Under the pieces are notes generated by a model. It had not been told where the DNA came from, ran no database searches, and saw only the letters and a list, made by a program, of their open reading frames with translations. Positions 8,651 to 17,895 of a DNA stretch of 64,000 nucleotides are shown here, one piece after another. This DNA comes from an uncultured Candidatus Micrarchaeota archaeon. GTDB taxonomy: Archaea > Micrarchaeota > Micrarchaeia > Micrarchaeales > Micrarchaeaceae. The position numbers and the translations under genes were made by a program. Numbering within the stretch: the first letter of the stretch is position 1; every line of letters begins with the position of its first letter. The stretch is taken from NCBI GenBank assembly GCA_963741095.1, contig CAVUGN010000011.1, positions 35,541 through 99,540 on the forward strand, read 5' to 3'.

Positions 8651-8823
8651 AGGCATATACACAATCAAAGATATGGAAAGCAGGCCGTAAACCGCTGACC
8701 TTGGGATGCTTTAGGTATAGCACCCTGCCGACTAGGGCAATCCTGGCTATACTCAACAAGACTATACATCGGTCAGATATAGTTTTGGGTATAGTTCCAT
8801 GGCAGTACGCACTCCCTTACTAT

Positions 8824-9114
8824 TCATCCTTCAACCATCGATACGAAGGCCCTGCCGATGCCTCGCGGTGCCCGGTCCTTTGCGTCCTTCAGCTCGCTCC
8901 TGTCCCTGTAGAACCTGACCTCTGCCACGCAGTCGCCGTTGCTGTCGTAGAGAGGGATGCGCTGCCTGCGCCATATGTCCATCAGCCTCTCCGCGAGGTC
9001 GCCTTTCCCGCCCTTCAGCTGCAGGAATACGGTCCTGCACAACCCTTTCTTGCCTTTTCCGCTCGCTTGCGCTAACCTATTCGTTGTCAATTTTCCACCC
9101 TTTTTTGCACCCAC
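8824..9114 (-). CDS. Conserved cassette small protein (RAM-like family)
   Basis: LCRTVFLQLKGGKGDLAERLMDIWRRQ; near-identical to 14550 and 20200. Confidence 0.7.
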   Translation of the reverse strand: MGAKKGGKLTTNRLAQASGKGKKGLCRTVFLQLKGGKGDLAERLMDIWRRQRIPLYDSNGDCVAEVRFYRDRSELKDAKDRAPRGIGRAFVSMVEG

Positions 9115-9128
9115 TTAACGTGACTTGA

Positions 9129-9317
9129 TTAACTCCTTGAATTCGCATCTATCATGACGCGCATGCTCCCGGCTGACAGTTCCATCATATCGGATATATA
9201 GCTGCCGACCTCGCTCTCCCTGCAGTACGCCTTGCCTTCCACGCTGTCCGTGTGCACCTGCACGAGAACGCTCCTGTCGTTTCCCAAGATATGCTTTATA
9301 CTTGCACTCACGCCCAT
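9129..9317 (-). CDS. Conserved 62-aa cassette protein
   Basis: VHTDSVEGKAYCRESEVG; homologue at 20509-20685; first gene after hairpin. Confidence 0.7.
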   Translation of the reverse strand: MGVSASIKHILGNDRSVLVQVHTDSVEGKAYCRESEVGSYISDMMELSAGSMRVMIDANSRS

Positions 9318-9339
9318 TCTACAACCTTATTGATCGTTA

Positions 9340-9442
9340 GGGCAGACGATTGTACTGCGGAAGCATGGTGTGATTATGGAGGGAGAGCCTGCGCTGACCC
9401 ATAGAAAATCGTTACTTCCACCCCTGTACATCCTTTCCACCC
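9340..9442 (-). ncRNA. Predicted leader RNA hairpin, copy C
   Basis: GGGTGGA/TCTGCCC, GTAC/GTAC, GTGGAAGTA/TGCTTCCGC, AGC-GCAG-GCT. Confidence 0.65.
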
Positions 9443-9614
9443 GCATAGTATTATGAATCGAGTTGTATATATATTTATACTGATATTTATTGTAGATGAG
9501 CAGATGATACTACGAATATGGCATTAATAATTTATCAATTAGTATGCTTCGACCAGTGGTATCGAGCTAGGTAGGATAATAAGATATTAATATTTATCTA
9601 TTATAATTATAAAT

Positions 9615-11027
9615 ATGCAAAGGATGCCTGACAGAGTAAGCGAGACATACGAAAGGCTAAAGAAAGAGATGGCATTTCCCGTGCGGCTACAGGTGAGCGG
9701 AGGGCGCTATTACATTTACAAGCAACTGACTGTATGGGACAAGGAAACGAAGAAAGGCAAATCTGTAGCCAAGTACCTGGGCAAGATACTTGATGACGGC
9801 ACTTTCGTGAGGAAGGCGAATCGCAATGCGGCCAAGGATCTTGATGTGGCCAAAGCGGTGATAATCTCGTGCGGCGGTACGGTAAAGCTGCCAGAAAAAA
9901 TCAAAGTGGGAGCAAAGCCGCCCATCATGGAAGAGGTGGATAGGAAAATTCTGATGAATCTTAGCATGAACTGTAGGATGCCGTTATCTGTAATTGCGAA
10001 AAGAGCAGGCATATCGACTACTTCTGCTGTCTATAAGAAAAGGAATCTAGAGAAAAAGTGCGGTATACGGTATCTTACGTCAATAACTGTGCGCTGGCTT
10101 GGATTTTCATATTACGTCGCATTCGTGAAATTCGAGAACGAAAAACCGAACGCGAAAGAGTTGAAAGAAACGATTGAAAGAGAACAAAGGATCCAGTTAG
10201 CATTGATTACCACGGGTAAATACGACTTGATGCTCTACATGGTTGCAGAAGACGACGACAAGCTGAATGAAGTTGTCACTACGTTGCATGGCAGCGAGAC
10301 GTTGAAAAAGTATACGAGTAGTTGGATGGTAACAACATATGTAGACAAATACGGCTACGTGCCATTGAGAGATGAATTTTTCGAACTGCTCAAGAGCAGA
10401 GTATGGCAAAGGACAAAAGAAACGCCTCGACCTTCGCGCGGCCAGCTCCTGAAGAGCGAATACGCAGTATTAAGGGAGCTGAACAGCAGCGGGGAAGCAA
10501 GCTTCTCGAAAATAGATAAAAAATACGATCTAAACAAAGGCAATGCGAGGTATACATACGAAAAGCTAAAGGAAAGGAGAAAGTACACGTATGAGGAGAT
10601 TGCTGACAAGAAAGTTCTTTTGAGGAATACACTTACTATGGACAATCTAGCAGTCAGATACAACACTATACTCATAATGGAGATACTCAACAGCAAGGAA
10701 TTCCTTGAGCGAAGGGAGGGTCTATTCAGGTATATAACTGAGGATACGGGTGGTATAGCTAACAGATTTTCCGCAATAGGTGATATAGTCACACCATATG
10801 GTATGATGTTTATTACGCCAATTTTCAAAGAGAATGAATTGGAAGATATAATTGAGGGGTTGAACGACAGGGTAAAAGGGGTTAAGTTGGACACGCTTTT
10901 GGTTACGGGAGTATTAGTGGGTAGCCTCTTCTACAGAAGATTTGACAATGCGCATGCCCAACAGTACGCACAATTGATAAGTGAATACAAAATCAGGCCA
11001 CAAGAAGAATTGATGGAATATGAGTAA
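9615..11027 (+). CDS. Tandem-Lrp/AsnC regulator, copy 4
   Basis: DRKILMNLSMNCRMPLSVIAKRAGIS HTH; YGYVPLRDEFF; GSLFYRRFDNA. Confidence 0.85.
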   Translation: MQRMPDRVSETYERLKKEMAFPVRLQVSGGRYYIYKQLTVWDKETKKGKSVAKYLGKILDDGTFVRKANRNAAKDLDVAKAVIISCGGTVKLPEKIKVGAKPPIMEEVDRKILMNLSMNCRMPLSVIAKRAGISTTSAVYKKRNLEKKCGIRYLTSITVRWLGFSYYVAFVKFENEKPNAKELKETIEREQRIQLALITTGKYDLMLYMVAEDDDKLNEVVTTLHGSETLKKYTSSWMVTTYVDKYGYVPLRDEFFELLKSRVWQRTKETPRPSRGQLLKSEYAVLRELNSSGEASFSKIDKKYDLNKGNARYTYEKLKERRKYTYEEIADKKVLLRNTLTMDNLAVRYNTILIMEILNSKEFLERREGLFRYITEDTGGIANRFSAIGDIVTPYGMMFITPIFKENELEDIIEGLNDRVKGVKLDTLLVTGVLVGSLFYRRFDNAHAQQYAQLISEYKIRPQEELMEYE

Positions 11028-11104
11028 TCTGTGCGCTTACTTCGTTATGAAGGTCAAAATAAGCTAGATAAATCAGTTATTTTACAGCAAGCAACAGCTA
11101 AAAT

Positions 11105-11134
11105 TCAGCCTCCTCCCGGTCCTCCACCATCCAT
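11105..11134 (-). CDS. Gly-rich micropeptide 4, MDGGGPGGG
   Basis: ATG GAT GGT GGA GGA CCG GGA GGA GGC TGA. Confidence 0.65.
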   Translation of the reverse strand: MDGGGPGGG

Positions 11135-11180
11135 GATCTCACTGTCAAAACATCTCTGAAAAAGCTTAAATAGCTTGTGT
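11135..11180 (-). promoter_or_regulatory. Micropeptide promoter/SD block 4
   Basis: ACACAAGCTATTTAAGCTTTTTCAGAGATGTTTTGACAGTGA. Confidence 0.7.
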
Positions 11181-11210
11181 TTCAGTCGGCAACGGGGAAG
11201 CGCCGATAAC

Positions 11211-11430
11211 GATGCATGGTTAACATCAGTCAGTAATGTATATCAAACAACATCGAACCACGACGACAAACATCGTTTCTCAATTGCACTTTTACGTCGA
11301 AGAACCGGCTCCCCACCAAAAATTTATCGACGACAAAATTCGCCTTTTCGACGGATGTTTGAGATGTGAACTATACTCAAAAACTATACCCCGGCCAGAT
11401 ACACTCTCAGATATAATATTAGGTATAGCA
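11211..11430. repeat. TCGA-rich repeat, long copy
   Basis: Aligns with 3014-3200 and 22688-22783. Confidence 0.85.
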
Positions 11431-11462
11431 CTGTGGTGTTCAGACATGACGTTGAGCCTTAC

Positions 11463-13406
11463 TCACTTAATGGTTTTTTTTAAGTTCTCGATGTACACGG
11501 GTTCGATTGGATCTGCCGGTTCAAATCCGAATATTTTGGAGTAGAAGTAAAGTTCCGTGTCTATGGAGCGTTTTATGCTTTCGGCCTTCCTGAAACTATG
11601 CCCCTCCTCATTAAATAGCAAATAAGCCGTACTCAGGCCCTTGTCACGGACTGCCTTGAACATCTTCTCGGTCCTGCCTGGTGGGACTACCTTGTCTTCA
11701 GTGCCCTGAAAGAATATCACCGGGCATGATAACTTATCCACGGAATTTATGGGGGACCTCTCTGCGTAGACATCGCGCATTTGCGGATATGGCCCAACAA
11801 GTCTTTCCAAATAACCGATTTCAAACTTATTCTTGTCATCGTTTTCAAGTGCTTCGAGATCGCTCATGCCGTAATAGCTTGCCCCCGCCTTGAAAAAGTT
11901 TCCGAAGGTAAGTGCACAGAGTGCGGTGTAGCCCCCCGCGCAGTTTCCACGGATGATAGCGCATTTTTCGTTTATCCTACCCTTTTCAGCAAGGTACTTG
12001 GCTCCGTTTATGCAATCCTCCATATCAACTATGCCCCACATCCCCTTTATCCTCTCGCGGTATGCTCGTCCATATCCCGTGCTTCCTCCGTAGTTCACAT
12101 CAAGCACCGCGAACCCCCTACTTGTCCAGTATTGCGTCTCAAATGACAGGACTGGTTTTGATATGCCTGTAGGACCAGCATGACTGAATACGATGAGTGG
12201 CGGTGACTCACCTACGGGAGAGACGTAATCCGCATTATGCTGTGGATAGAAGAATGCATGCGCCGTCGCCTTGCCAGAAGGGAACTCTATCGCCTCCGGA
12301 ATTGAGATATATCTTGGGTCAATACGAGCTTTTGCCGAACGACGCAGGACATTGAACTTCCCACTATCCAGATTCAGGCTCACGATTGAAGCTGGCTCTG
12401 TTGGGGATGCACCGAGGAATGCCACCATATCTGATGTGACACGCACATCGTTCATCGCAGTGTATGGTAGTTCCACGTTCTTAATCTTCTTACTCTCGGT
12501 GTCAAGTACCGCAAGGTGTGAGTACCCTCCTTTGTTGTAAACACAAACCACTTCCTTTGCGGATCTGAATCCGTACATCGACATATTGAGTTCGCGCTGC
12601 TGCTCCCCGAACTCTGCCTCCATCTTGCATAACTGCTCCGTCTTACCGTCGCGCAAACGGTACAGGTTCCACCATCCGGTTCTGTCGGATACAAAATAAA
12701 GGCTGCCGTCTGGAGACCATTTTGGCTGGAAGATTGACTCGGTTGCAGAGCCAGCAACGCATTTTGCATCGTTGATTGACCCGTCATTGCCCAGTGCTCC
12801 AACCCAGAGCTCGGACCCGTCCCAAGGCATATTCGGATTGTTCCACGCAATCCACGCAATATGTGAGCAGTCTTTGTCAAGGCATGGAGACGAATAGAAA
12901 TCGTTTCCAGACGCCAAGATCTTTTCGCTACCCATGTCGCCTGCGTCGAGACCCACTAGCGAATTGACTATGTTCTTTTCCTCAGTATGGTCCTCCCTGA
13001 CGCAGATTACCCTGTTGTGTTTCTTGTCAAGCACATAATCCGCATATCTCATCCTTGATTCTAACGTCATAGGTTTGGGTGGAGAATCACCACGAAGGAG
13101 ATAGACACGCTGGTCTTTGAAATTAGAGAAACATATCATGTCATCAGACGCCAGATAACTGCCCCCTCCGTGTTCATGCACTTTGGAACGAACATTGAAT
13201 TCCCTCCCAATACAATCAATTAGCGTTCCATCATCAGTTCTTTTCACGATTACACTTCTACCTTCTTCCACAGGCCGCCCCTCATTCCAGTAGATATCCC
13301 CATTGTTTATAGTTATCTCGGAAAGGCGTATTGCTGCCGATGCGATGACGGCGGAAGTTATCGGCGACTTCCACGAACCGAAAGGCGCTGTTTTGGTGCT
13401 GGACAT
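11463..13406 (-). CDS. S9 family (acylaminoacyl/dipeptidyl-type) peptidase with Cys at the nucleophile position
   Basis: TAPFGSWKSPIT start, VNYGGSTGYGRAY, GNCAGG, FQGTEDKVV, EEGHSF. Confidence 0.9.
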   Translation of the reverse strand: MSSTKTAPFGSWKSPITSAVIASAAIRLSEITINNGDIYWNEGRPVEEGRSVIVKRTDDGTLIDCIGREFNVRSKVHEHGGGSYLASDDMICFSNFKDQRVYLLRGDSPPKPMTLESRMRYADYVLDKKHNRVICVREDHTEEKNIVNSLVGLDAGDMGSEKILASGNDFYSSPCLDKDCSHIAWIAWNNPNMPWDGSELWVGALGNDGSINDAKCVAGSATESIFQPKWSPDGSLYFVSDRTGWWNLYRLRDGKTEQLCKMEAEFGEQQRELNMSMYGFRSAKEVVCVYNKGGYSHLAVLDTESKKIKNVELPYTAMNDVRVTSDMVAFLGASPTEPASIVSLNLDSGKFNVLRRSAKARIDPRYISIPEAIEFPSGKATAHAFFYPQHNADYVSPVGESPPLIVFSHAGPTGISKPVLSFETQYWTSRGFAVLDVNYGGSTGYGRAYRERIKGMWGIVDMEDCINGAKYLAEKGRINEKCAIIRGNCAGGYTALCALTFGNFFKAGASYYGMSDLEALENDDKNKFEIGYLERLVGPYPQMRDVYAERSPINSVDKLSCPVIFFQGTEDKVVPPGRTEKMFKAVRDKGLSTAYLLFNEEGHSFRKAESIKRSIDTELYFYSKIFGFEPADPIEPVYIENLKKTIK

Positions 13407-13418
13407 AATTGATCATCT

Positions 13419-14540
13419 CTAAATATGTGACGGCTGAATTCCCGGATATATTGAAAGTGGATTGCTCACGAATTCCATCCTCGCAAAGCGTTCAAGTATC
13501 TCTTTTATCGAAAGATATATCTCATTGTGGGTCTTCCCCCTCAGATCCCACCTGTAAGCAGTATTGTTGCAATCGTCTATATGCAGAACCATGTTTGAAG
13601 AAACCAGCGGGTTGAACATCCCCTTTTCGCACATCTTTCCGAAAATAGGGCATTCGCTAATGCAGTACTTTGGGTTGAAGAATGCTCCTCTAGAAGAGTT
13701 CAATAGCATGACCTTTACGCCACCCACATTCAGCGTGAGCTGGACAGACCCGAATCCCTCTTCGTTGGATACATCAACCTTTTCAATTTCGTAATCGTGC
13801 CTTATCATATTGAGAACTTCTTCGGAATTTATATAATTCCCTCTCCAGTATTCGATAGGCGAGAGACTCGAATATTTGCCAATACCTCCGTGTGCCCCGT
13901 TTGTGGCTATGTACTCATCCTGTATAAAGAGGTTGAACAGTTTCAACGAGAAACCAGACTTGGCCGCAAACTCGATCATACTGTTTACCTCGCCCATGGT
14001 CTGTTTTATTAGTACCATATTTATCCTAGTCTTTATGTCGCGTTCCGAGAGTTCCGATAGTAGCCTGCGGGTTTTGTCGTTAAGCACCTTGCAAATCCCC
14101 TCTTTTGGCTGGTTTGATGTAGAATCCAAGGAAAATTGTACGGATATCCGGTCCTTATGCCTCTCCAAAACATCCATATGTCGCTCGAGATTCTTTCCGT
14201 TAGTTATGACTACAAAATTAATTTCCGGATGAAGGTCCAATATCTTTTCAACCTCATTGAAAAGCCACTCTACGAGAGTCGGTTCGCCCCCACTGATCTT
14301 GAATTTGTCGAAGCCCAGATCGTAGGCCGCTGTAACAGTGGAGAAGAACTCTTCACCCGACATATTCGCCCCGATGCTCTTGTTCTGCCCAAAGGGGTAG
14401 CAATAGCCGCACTTGTTATTGCATTCCTTTATTACTGCAATGGAGAAATATAACCCTCCCGCGATTTTTCTTAATTCGTTGTTCTGCACTCTCGTGGCAG
14501 ATTCCGCTTTCGATGCTTGTTTCTCCATCTTTTCGCCCAT
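13419..14540 (-). CDS. Radical SAM protein (MoaA-like fold, function unknown)
   Basis: CNNKCGYC, SGGEP, ITNG, FSLDS; C-terminal Cys cluster. Confidence 0.85.
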   Translation of the reverse strand: MGEKMEKQASKAESATRVQNNELRKIAGGLYFSIAVIKECNNKCGYCYPFGQNKSIGANMSGEEFFSTVTAAYDLGFDKFKISGGEPTLVEWLFNEVEKILDLHPEINFVVITNGKNLERHMDVLERHKDRISVQFSLDSTSNQPKEGICKVLNDKTRRLLSELSERDIKTRINMVLIKQTMGEVNSMIEFAAKSGFSLKLFNLFIQDEYIATNGAHGGIGKYSSLSPIEYWRGNYINSEEVLNMIRHDYEIEKVDVSNEEGFGSVQLTLNVGGVKVMLLNSSRGAFFNPKYCISECPIFGKMCEKGMFNPLVSSNMVLHIDDCNNTAYRWDLRGKTHNEIYLSIKEILERFARMEFVSNPLSIYPGIQPSHI

Positions 14541-14549
14541 CAGATAAGC

Positions 14550-14828
14550 TCAACTTTCGCCCATCGATACGAATGCCCTGCCAATGCCCCGCGATGCCTG
14601 CTCTTTTATGTCCTTCAACTTATTTCTATCCCTGTAGAATCTGACCTCAGCCACGCAGTCGCCATTGCTGTCGTAAAGAGGGATGTGCTGCCTGCGCCAT
14701 ATGTCAATCAACCTCTCCGCAAGGTCGCCATTTCCGCCTTTTAATTGCAGGAACACGGTCCTGCACAATCCTTTTCTGCCGCTTCCGCCGGATCGCGCCA
14801 GCTTGTTAGTTGCCAATTTTCCACCCAT
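14550..14828 (-). CDS. Conserved cassette small protein (RAM-like family)
   Basis: Homologue of 8824-9114. Confidence 0.7.
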   Translation of the reverse strand: MGGKLATNKLARSGGSGRKGLCRTVFLQLKGGNGDLAERLIDIWRRQHIPLYDSNGDCVAEVRFYRDRNKLKDIKEQASRGIGRAFVSMGES

Positions 14829-14884
14829 TTGTTTACACCCACTTTTCCTGCTTTCTTTACCTCATTCTGTCAAACATGAAGATA

Positions 14885-15082
14885 TCATTTGGGTGCGGAA
14901 ACAGCCCGCATCCCTAAATCGTCAAGCAGCATAACTGGTCTGCCGGTCCTTTCCAATTCACATGCGTTTATGTGCCACAGATACGCGACTGGATTCTCAT
15001 GTTCCATGCCGCACATCCAGCACTGGTACACATCGCCGCTCCCTCCAAAGAAAATATCCCTTATCCTTGTTCCCATTCCCAT
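14885..15082 (-). CDS. Small C2HC zinc-finger protein, copy 3
   Basis: YQCWMCGMEHENPVAYLWHINAC; start set by homology. Confidence 0.75.
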   Translation of the reverse strand: MGMGTRIRDIFFGGSGDVYQCWMCGMEHENPVAYLWHINACELERTGRPVMLLDDLGMRAVSAPK

Positions 15083-15096
15083 TCTACCACTTATCA

Positions 15097-15213
15097 ATCA
15101 TAAGGGTAGGGGGTTGCACCGCGGAAGCATGGTGATAATGTGGAGGACGAGCTTGCGCTGATCCGTAGAAAATTCTTACTTCCACCCCTGTACAACCTAC
15201 ACACCCATATGAT
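15097..15213 (-). ncRNA. Predicted leader RNA hairpin, copy D
   Basis: Near-identical to copy A, with closing stem ATCATA/TATGAT; TTATATA upstream. Confidence 0.65.
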
Positions 15214-15378
15214 ATTATGAAGTCCAAAGTATATATAAGTAAACGAGCTCCTGCATTACACGATACTGCACTTCATAGAATTCTACACCGATTTACTCGC
15301 ATTTATCAATCAATATAACCCTTTATATTAACCTTATAATAGTAAAGCTTAAATATCATATAACCTTATAATATCATT

Positions 15379-16704
15379 ATGGATATGCCTGAAGCGGTGC
15401 GAAAGACTTTTGCAAGGCTAAAATTAGAGTATCCTTTTTACATTCTGCTTTCGATAATAAACAACAGGTTTTATGTTTATCATTCATCTTCTATTTGGGA
15501 CAAAGAAAAAAGAAAAGTGCGCAGTAACAAAGAATACCTAGGCCGCATAACCGAAGATGGTAAGTTCATAAAAAAGAGCGTTAAGGAAGGCATTGCACCG
15601 CAGATTAATACCCTAACCTCCATAAACAGCCTAGACAAGGTCGACGAAAAAATACTGACGCACCTAAGCATGAATTGCAGACTGCCGATATCAACGATAG
15701 CAGAACGGGTGGGATTAAGCGTACAGGCTACGGAGCGCAGAAAAGAGAATTTAGAGCGGAGATACGGAATTAGATACTTCACAAGCATAAACTACTTCAA
15801 GCTCGGTTACTCCACATACCTCGCATTTGTCTCTTTTAAGGACAAAAAGCCGGACATGGCTGTGCTGAAATCAGTATTAGAGAAATCACCACGAATACAG
15901 TTGGCCATGGCGGCGCAGGGTGCATACGACCTAGTTCTCTACATCCTGGCCGAGAATAGTGCAATTCTAAACGAAGTCATATTCGATATTCGGAAAGATG
16001 AACGAATTGGAGATTACGAATCTATCTGGAATGTTGTAGTATTCGATCAAGCATATGGGTGCGTGCCACTGCGAGACCTGTTCTTCGACCTTCTCGAGAA
16101 GAAGGTGTGGCATAGAACCAAAACAATACCTAAGCCGGCAAGCGATAGCCTGACATATAGAGAGTATGTACTACTTAGAGAATTGAATTCCGAAGGCAAC
16201 AAGCCTTTTGCTGAGATAGAAAAGATGCATGACATGGGTCACGGCGCTGCAAAGTACACGTTTGACAAGATCAAGGCTAAGGAATTAATATGGAGGCCAA
16301 CAATGACAATGGGCAATTATGGCGTAAAATACAATGCAATGATCTTCATCAGCATACTAAACAAGGCTGCATTTATCCGTGACCGGGAAAAGTTTCTTCG
16401 TTATATAATCAAGGACTACGATGCACCGTCGAACAGGTTCTCTCTCGAAGGCGATACTCTATCCCCAGATGGAGAAGTATTCCTAATGCCTGTTCTGCGG
16501 GACGGAGAACTGGAAATGGAATCTGGATGGCTAAGCGAACAGATAAACGGAATCAAACTAGAATCGCTGATCATCACAAAAATACTTCTAGGTGAGCTGT
16601 GTTATAGAAAATTAGATAACGCACATGCCCAGCAAACAAACATACTCGTAAGTGAATATAAAATGGAACCCCCTAAGGAAACCATAGATTATATCCTAGA
16701 ATAG
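15379..16704 (+). CDS. Tandem-Lrp/AsnC regulator, copy 5
   Basis: Same architecture and motifs. Confidence 0.85.
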   Translation: MDMPEAVRKTFARLKLEYPFYILLSIINNRFYVYHSSSIWDKEKRKVRSNKEYLGRITEDGKFIKKSVKEGIAPQINTLTSINSLDKVDEKILTHLSMNCRLPISTIAERVGLSVQATERRKENLERRYGIRYFTSINYFKLGYSTYLAFVSFKDKKPDMAVLKSVLEKSPRIQLAMAAQGAYDLVLYILAENSAILNEVIFDIRKDERIGDYESIWNVVVFDQAYGCVPLRDLFFDLLEKKVWHRTKTIPKPASDSLTYREYVLLRELNSEGNKPFAEIEKMHDMGHGAAKYTFDKIKAKELIWRPTMTMGNYGVKYNAMIFISILNKAAFIRDREKFLRYIIKDYDAPSNRFSLEGDTLSPDGEVFLMPVLRDGELEMESGWLSEQINGIKLESLIITKILLGELCYRKLDNAHAQQTNILVSEYKMEPPKETIDYILE

Positions 16705-16725
16705 ACTCAAGAATATAAAAACTGC

Positions 16726-16767
16726 TTAACCTCCGCCCCCTCCGCCTCCGCTTCCTCCTCCGTCCAT
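16726..16767 (-). CDS. Gly-rich micropeptide 5, MDGGGSGGGGGGG
   Basis: 13 codons plus TAA; Gly codons GGA, GGC, GGG and GGT are all used. Confidence 0.65.
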   Translation of the reverse strand: MDGGGSGGGGGGG

Positions 16768-16813
16768 AATATCACTGTTTAAACATCTCTAGAAAAGCTT
16801 AAATGGATTGTGT
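16768..16813 (-). promoter_or_regulatory. Micropeptide promoter/SD block 5 (most diverged)
   Basis: ACACAATCCATTTAAGCTTTTCTAGAGATGTTTAAACAGTGA. Confidence 0.65.
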
Positions 16814-16846
16814 CTGTTTGAACTTGGCTAGCGCACATGTTTGTGC

Positions 16847-16976
16847 AAACATCGTCGAACCACGTCGACCAACGTTGTTTCTCAATCACACTTTTACGAT
16901 GATTGACCGGCTCCCCAGAGAAAAATTTATCGACGACAAAATCCGCCTTTTCGACGAATGTTTGAGATTTGAACTC
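16847..16976. repeat. TCGA-rich repeat, long copy
   Basis: Aligns with 3014-3140. Confidence 0.85.
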
Positions 16977-17019
16977 AGAGTAGTAATCCTACACATCTTT
17001 GGGCGTGAACCCAAGGCAA

Positions 17020-17895
17020 TTACTTGTTTGTATTTACGAATTCCCAAAAGCTTCCTCCATTTGCCGATGTGTACCTTTTCATTGCCGGCAGCAGCATTTC
17101 TGCGTAGCTCTTCAGGTACGGCCTTGCTGCAACCATCCTTTCGCATGTTCTATCTACAGATATGGGTTCGCTCAATCCTAACTGTCCGGTCAATATACCC
17201 TCTGGGGCAAGATAGCTTACCAGGGCTTCTTCATACAGGTTGTGATCATGAGTGCCGATCAGCCCGGACTTGCGGGGCAGAAGTAAGTGCAGGAGCTCAT
17301 GCAGCGCAACGCACAGCAACTCCCTGCCCAGCCTCTCTGGATCTTTATGCGCAACATGGGACAGATAGCATCCAATCACTGCCGGATCTGCATTCAAGGC
17401 ATGCCCTCCAACCACCATATCGTTATCAAAGCCTTTTTTCTCCGCCAATATCAGCGTGATCTGTTCTGGCAGTTTCGCCTCCAACATCCTGCTAAAATTA
17501 TCGCGGATTTCACTTTCTTTCGAGTGGAAAATATCTGATGCAATCTTGCCTATCCCAGCCAAGACGCCACTGCTTTCTGCAGTGTCATTGCAGTATACGT
17601 TCGGCTGCAGCTTTGGCATGTCAATAGCATCTAACAGTATCCGAGTTGTCTTGTCAATAGACGGAAACCTTTTGAATGCTACCTGTTCATTTTTGCTATT
17701 GTATAACAGATTTGCAGCTTCTATTACATTCCGATAAGCATCGTAGAAGTCCAGGATTGATGAATAGCCCTTTACCACAGTCTGCAGATTGCCAGGAGTG
17801 AAGAATATGTCATATACTCCAAGTATCTTTTGAGCATTGGAGTTTGTGGTGATCGTTAATTTCACATATTCACCTTTGCTGCGCGACATTGACAC
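17020..17895 (-). CDS. HExxH protein, putative zinc metallopeptidase
   Basis: VALHELLH then EEALVSY about 20 aa later (gluzincin-like); last gene of the radical SAM operon. Confidence 0.55.
   Translation of the reverse strand: MSMSRSKGEYVKLTITTNSNAQKILGVYDIFFTPGNLQTVVKGYSSILDFYDAYRNVIEAANLLYNSKNEQVAFKRFPSIDKTTRILLDAIDMPKLQPNVYCNDTAESSGVLAGIGKIASDIFHSKESEIRDNFSRMLEAKLPEQITLILAEKKGFDNDMVVGGHALNADPAVIGCYLSHVAHKDPERLGRELLCVALHELLHLLLPRKSGLIGTHDHNLYEEALVSYLAPEGILTGQLGLSEPISVDRTCERMVAARPYLKSYAEMLLPAMKRYTSANGGSFWEFVNTNK

Noticed and set aside
8426-8759. Leu-rich, Gln-rich and Asn/Ser-rich ORFs on both strands
   Set aside because: Products of a low-complexity CTG/TTG tract, with no supporting start signals.
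9327-9431. A ~33-aa uORF (MYRGGS..FLW.SA...PCFR) inside the leader hairpin, open in copies A, C and D
   Set aside because: Copy B has a 2-nt indel that changes the frame and copy E lacks it, while base pairing is kept; RNA structure explains the conservation better, though a leader peptide is not excluded.
11236-11544. ORFs 2983-3174, 11236-11544, 16803-17459 and 22640-22834 sharing IDDKIRLFD or EEPAPH
   Set aside because: They are translations of the non-coding repeat, with inconsistent starts and frames.
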